Shown here piece after piece: positions 51,310-53,252 of a stretch of DNA of 53,252 nt. The position numbers were made by a program, and so were the translations under genes. Every line of letters starts with the position of its first letter. Position 1 is the first letter of the stretch. The notes below the pieces were generated by a model that worked only from the letters and a program-made list of their open reading frames with translations, was not told where the DNA came from and ran no database searches. Source of the DNA: Octopus bimaculoides (taxonomy: Eukaryota); NCBI RefSeq assembly GCF_001194135.2, contig NC_068984.1, forward strand, positions 51,998,360 through 52,051,611. Reading direction: 5' to 3'.

Positions 51310-52190
51310 AAACGTTAACTACCCAGAACAAAAAGATTTACATGAAGACAAAATAACAAACAAATCAAAGTAAAAATCAAAACGGAATGCTAAAATATAT
51401 TATAGAACACGGAAAGAAAAACCATTCCATGGCCTATATTCCGCAAAATTGAACAGAGAGGAAGTAGTCAGAGTAAAAAGTAGCAATGTCTCAAAAATTC
51501 TGAGCTAAAAGTAGGAACAGAAAGTTTAGTTTTAGCTGCAGGGAACCAATCAATGCCTAACCACAAACAATTATGAATAGAAAACAATGAAAACAGATGC
51601 GAATAAATCCAGACTATGCAACCAGTGCAATGAGACAATGGACAGCATCATTTCCGATTGGGCAGTCCTAGCCAATTTCGAATATACTCACAAACACGAT
51701 GAAATCGGTAGTTATGTTCACTGGGCAACATGCCAACATCTCGACGTGAAGACCAATAGACTATAGTATAAATACGTACCAAACACAGTATATGACAACA
51801 ACCTGGTCATAATCATCTGGAACATGCCCATTCCGACGGAGGTAGGGATCACGGCATGACGTTCAGATATTATTATCAAGAGCTGGAATGAAAATGTTTG
51901 AACTCTGAAAGATATCTTTGTCCCTTTTAACCAAAACATTTCCCGAAAATGGTGCAGAAACTGTTAAATTACAAAGACCTAGAAGCTGAAATAATCATGA
52001 TGTGGGGCATGAGAACAGTACCAATAATAATTGAAGTGCAGAATATGATTTAAAAAAATGCATGAGCAGAAGCATAAAAACTGTACGTGAGCTCACAACT
52101 CAGGAAGTTGTCTATATTCCACGACCAGAAAATCCCGCTGGAACGACTATTGATGTCACATGCGCTACTAATATCCTCTACCAACTCTTC
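51310..52190 (+). mobile_element. R4/Dong-clade retrotransposon fragment (post-RT region, zinc knuckle, RLE)
   Basis: KEKPFHGLY, LKVGTESLVLAAGNQS, KSRLCNQCNETMDSIISD..LANFEYTHKHDEIGSYVHW, IIWNMPIPT..RSDII and EKLLNYKDLEAEIIMMWGM. Confidence 0.9.
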
Positions 52191-52844
52191 TACAGCAGAT
52201 ATAGGCAACCTTGTTAGAGAAACAAGCTGCATGAGACATGGTTCATCATCATGCGGGCCGCACTGCTGAAAAGATTCGAGATAATTTTTTGCTAGGTGTG
52301 CTATTCAAAGAGTCCCATGGGACTGCAGTTTGCTCATGACTGTTCTATAAATCCGAGAACTGACTTTCCATCGACCACATAGTGACAGTTTAAGACTAGT
52401 GGGAACTTTTATCACGAGAGAGTGTATATTTCCTGAATTCTCTCCAAAAAAAGAAAAACCTTTTAACACACTTTTTAAATATCAGTGAGTCCAAAAGAGA
52501 CAAAGGAAAGAAGAAAAACGCAGCATATGTTGAAGGGTAACACTGATGTATTTAGGGAATGCACTGATGTATTTTTGAAATGTTATTGCTCTTTACACGG
52601 ATATAATTTATGCATTACTAATGTCCATACCAGTTGGTGATCGGACGGTCAACGCGTGTAAGCAAACGCTACAGAAGCTCAAGTCATCATATCAGCACAG
52701 GTAGATCTTGAAGAGAGAAGACATGTCGTTGCGGAGGTCATGAATAGCGACAAAACGACATCGACAAACGAACAACCGATAGACTAATCCAGTTGTTATA
52801 CAAACAAAAATAACAAACACTGCAAAAAATGAACGACAATGTCG

Positions 52845-52942
52845 ATTTCAGTGGAATTTGAACACAGAACGTAAAGACTTGCAAAAATTGCTGCTAAGCA
52901 TTTTGTGCGACATACTAACGGTTCTGCTAGCTCGCCGCCCTA
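52845..52942 (-). mobile_element. SINE family A 5' half
   Basis: GGAATTTGAACACAGAACGTAAAG..CTGCTAGCTCGCCGCC. Confidence 0.88.
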
Positions 52943-52959
52943 TAATATTAATAATAATT

Positions 52960-53150
52960 TTCATAGACATAAAGCCAGCCAGAAATTTCAGGGAAGGAAG
53001 GTCGATTAAAGTGCCATCAATATTTAAATAGTATTTCGAAAAGATGACAGGCAAAAGTAGCTTCGACGGGATTTGATCTTAGAACGTATAAAACCAGAAC
53101 AAATATCGTAAAGCATGTTGTCCTATACTCTAACGATTCTACCAATCTAC
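52960..53150 (-). mobile_element. SINE family A, diverged, tandem
   Basis: Tail, core remnants and TAACGATTCTACCA head. Confidence 0.7.
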
Positions 53151-53154
53151 CCCT

Positions 53155-53252
53155 GTGTGTGTGTGTGGGTGTGTGTGTGTGTGCGTGCGTGTGTGCGTGC
53201 GTGTGTGTGCGTGCGTGTGTGTGTGTATGCGTGTGTGTGTTGTGCGTGCGTG
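53155..53252. repeat. (TG)n/(TGCG)n microsatellite
   Basis: Direct read. Confidence 0.97.

Overview
AT-rich, gapped animal genomic DNA with ten N-runs. The SINE families, microsatellite load and TE mix suggest an octopus (coleoid cephalopod) assembly; this is recalled family knowledge and inference, not a search result. I found no convincing host protein-coding exon, tRNA, rRNA or CRISPR array, so the window reads as a large intron or intergenic transposon graveyard. All protein calls come from my own translation and motif recall. Recognisable decayed elements are RTE-clade LINEs, three kinds of restriction-like-endonuclease (RLE) retrotransposon (CRE-like, R4/Dong-like, and an R4/NeSL-like type), Penelope-like elements (RT and GIY-YIG), a Gypsy RT-RNase H, an internally deleted mariner, hAT remnants, TTAA- and TA-flanked MITEs, and about 25 SINE copies from 3-4 families. 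The most unusual structures seen directly are: a 53-bp-arm near-perfect hairpin next to a gap (35825-35933); two abutting hairpins (40531-40647); a 120-bp inverted copy with 118/120 identity (49245-49364 vs 50070-50189); a ~160-bp local segment pasted into a SINE (23454-23614 vs 27685-27846); head-to-head TTAGGG/CCCTAA arrays (21198-21378); and a 128-bp spacerless (AAT)/(ATT) palindrome at an R4/Dong tail. I do not claim a new biological system. The best lead is the recurrence of locally templated copies and long dsRNA-forming structures.
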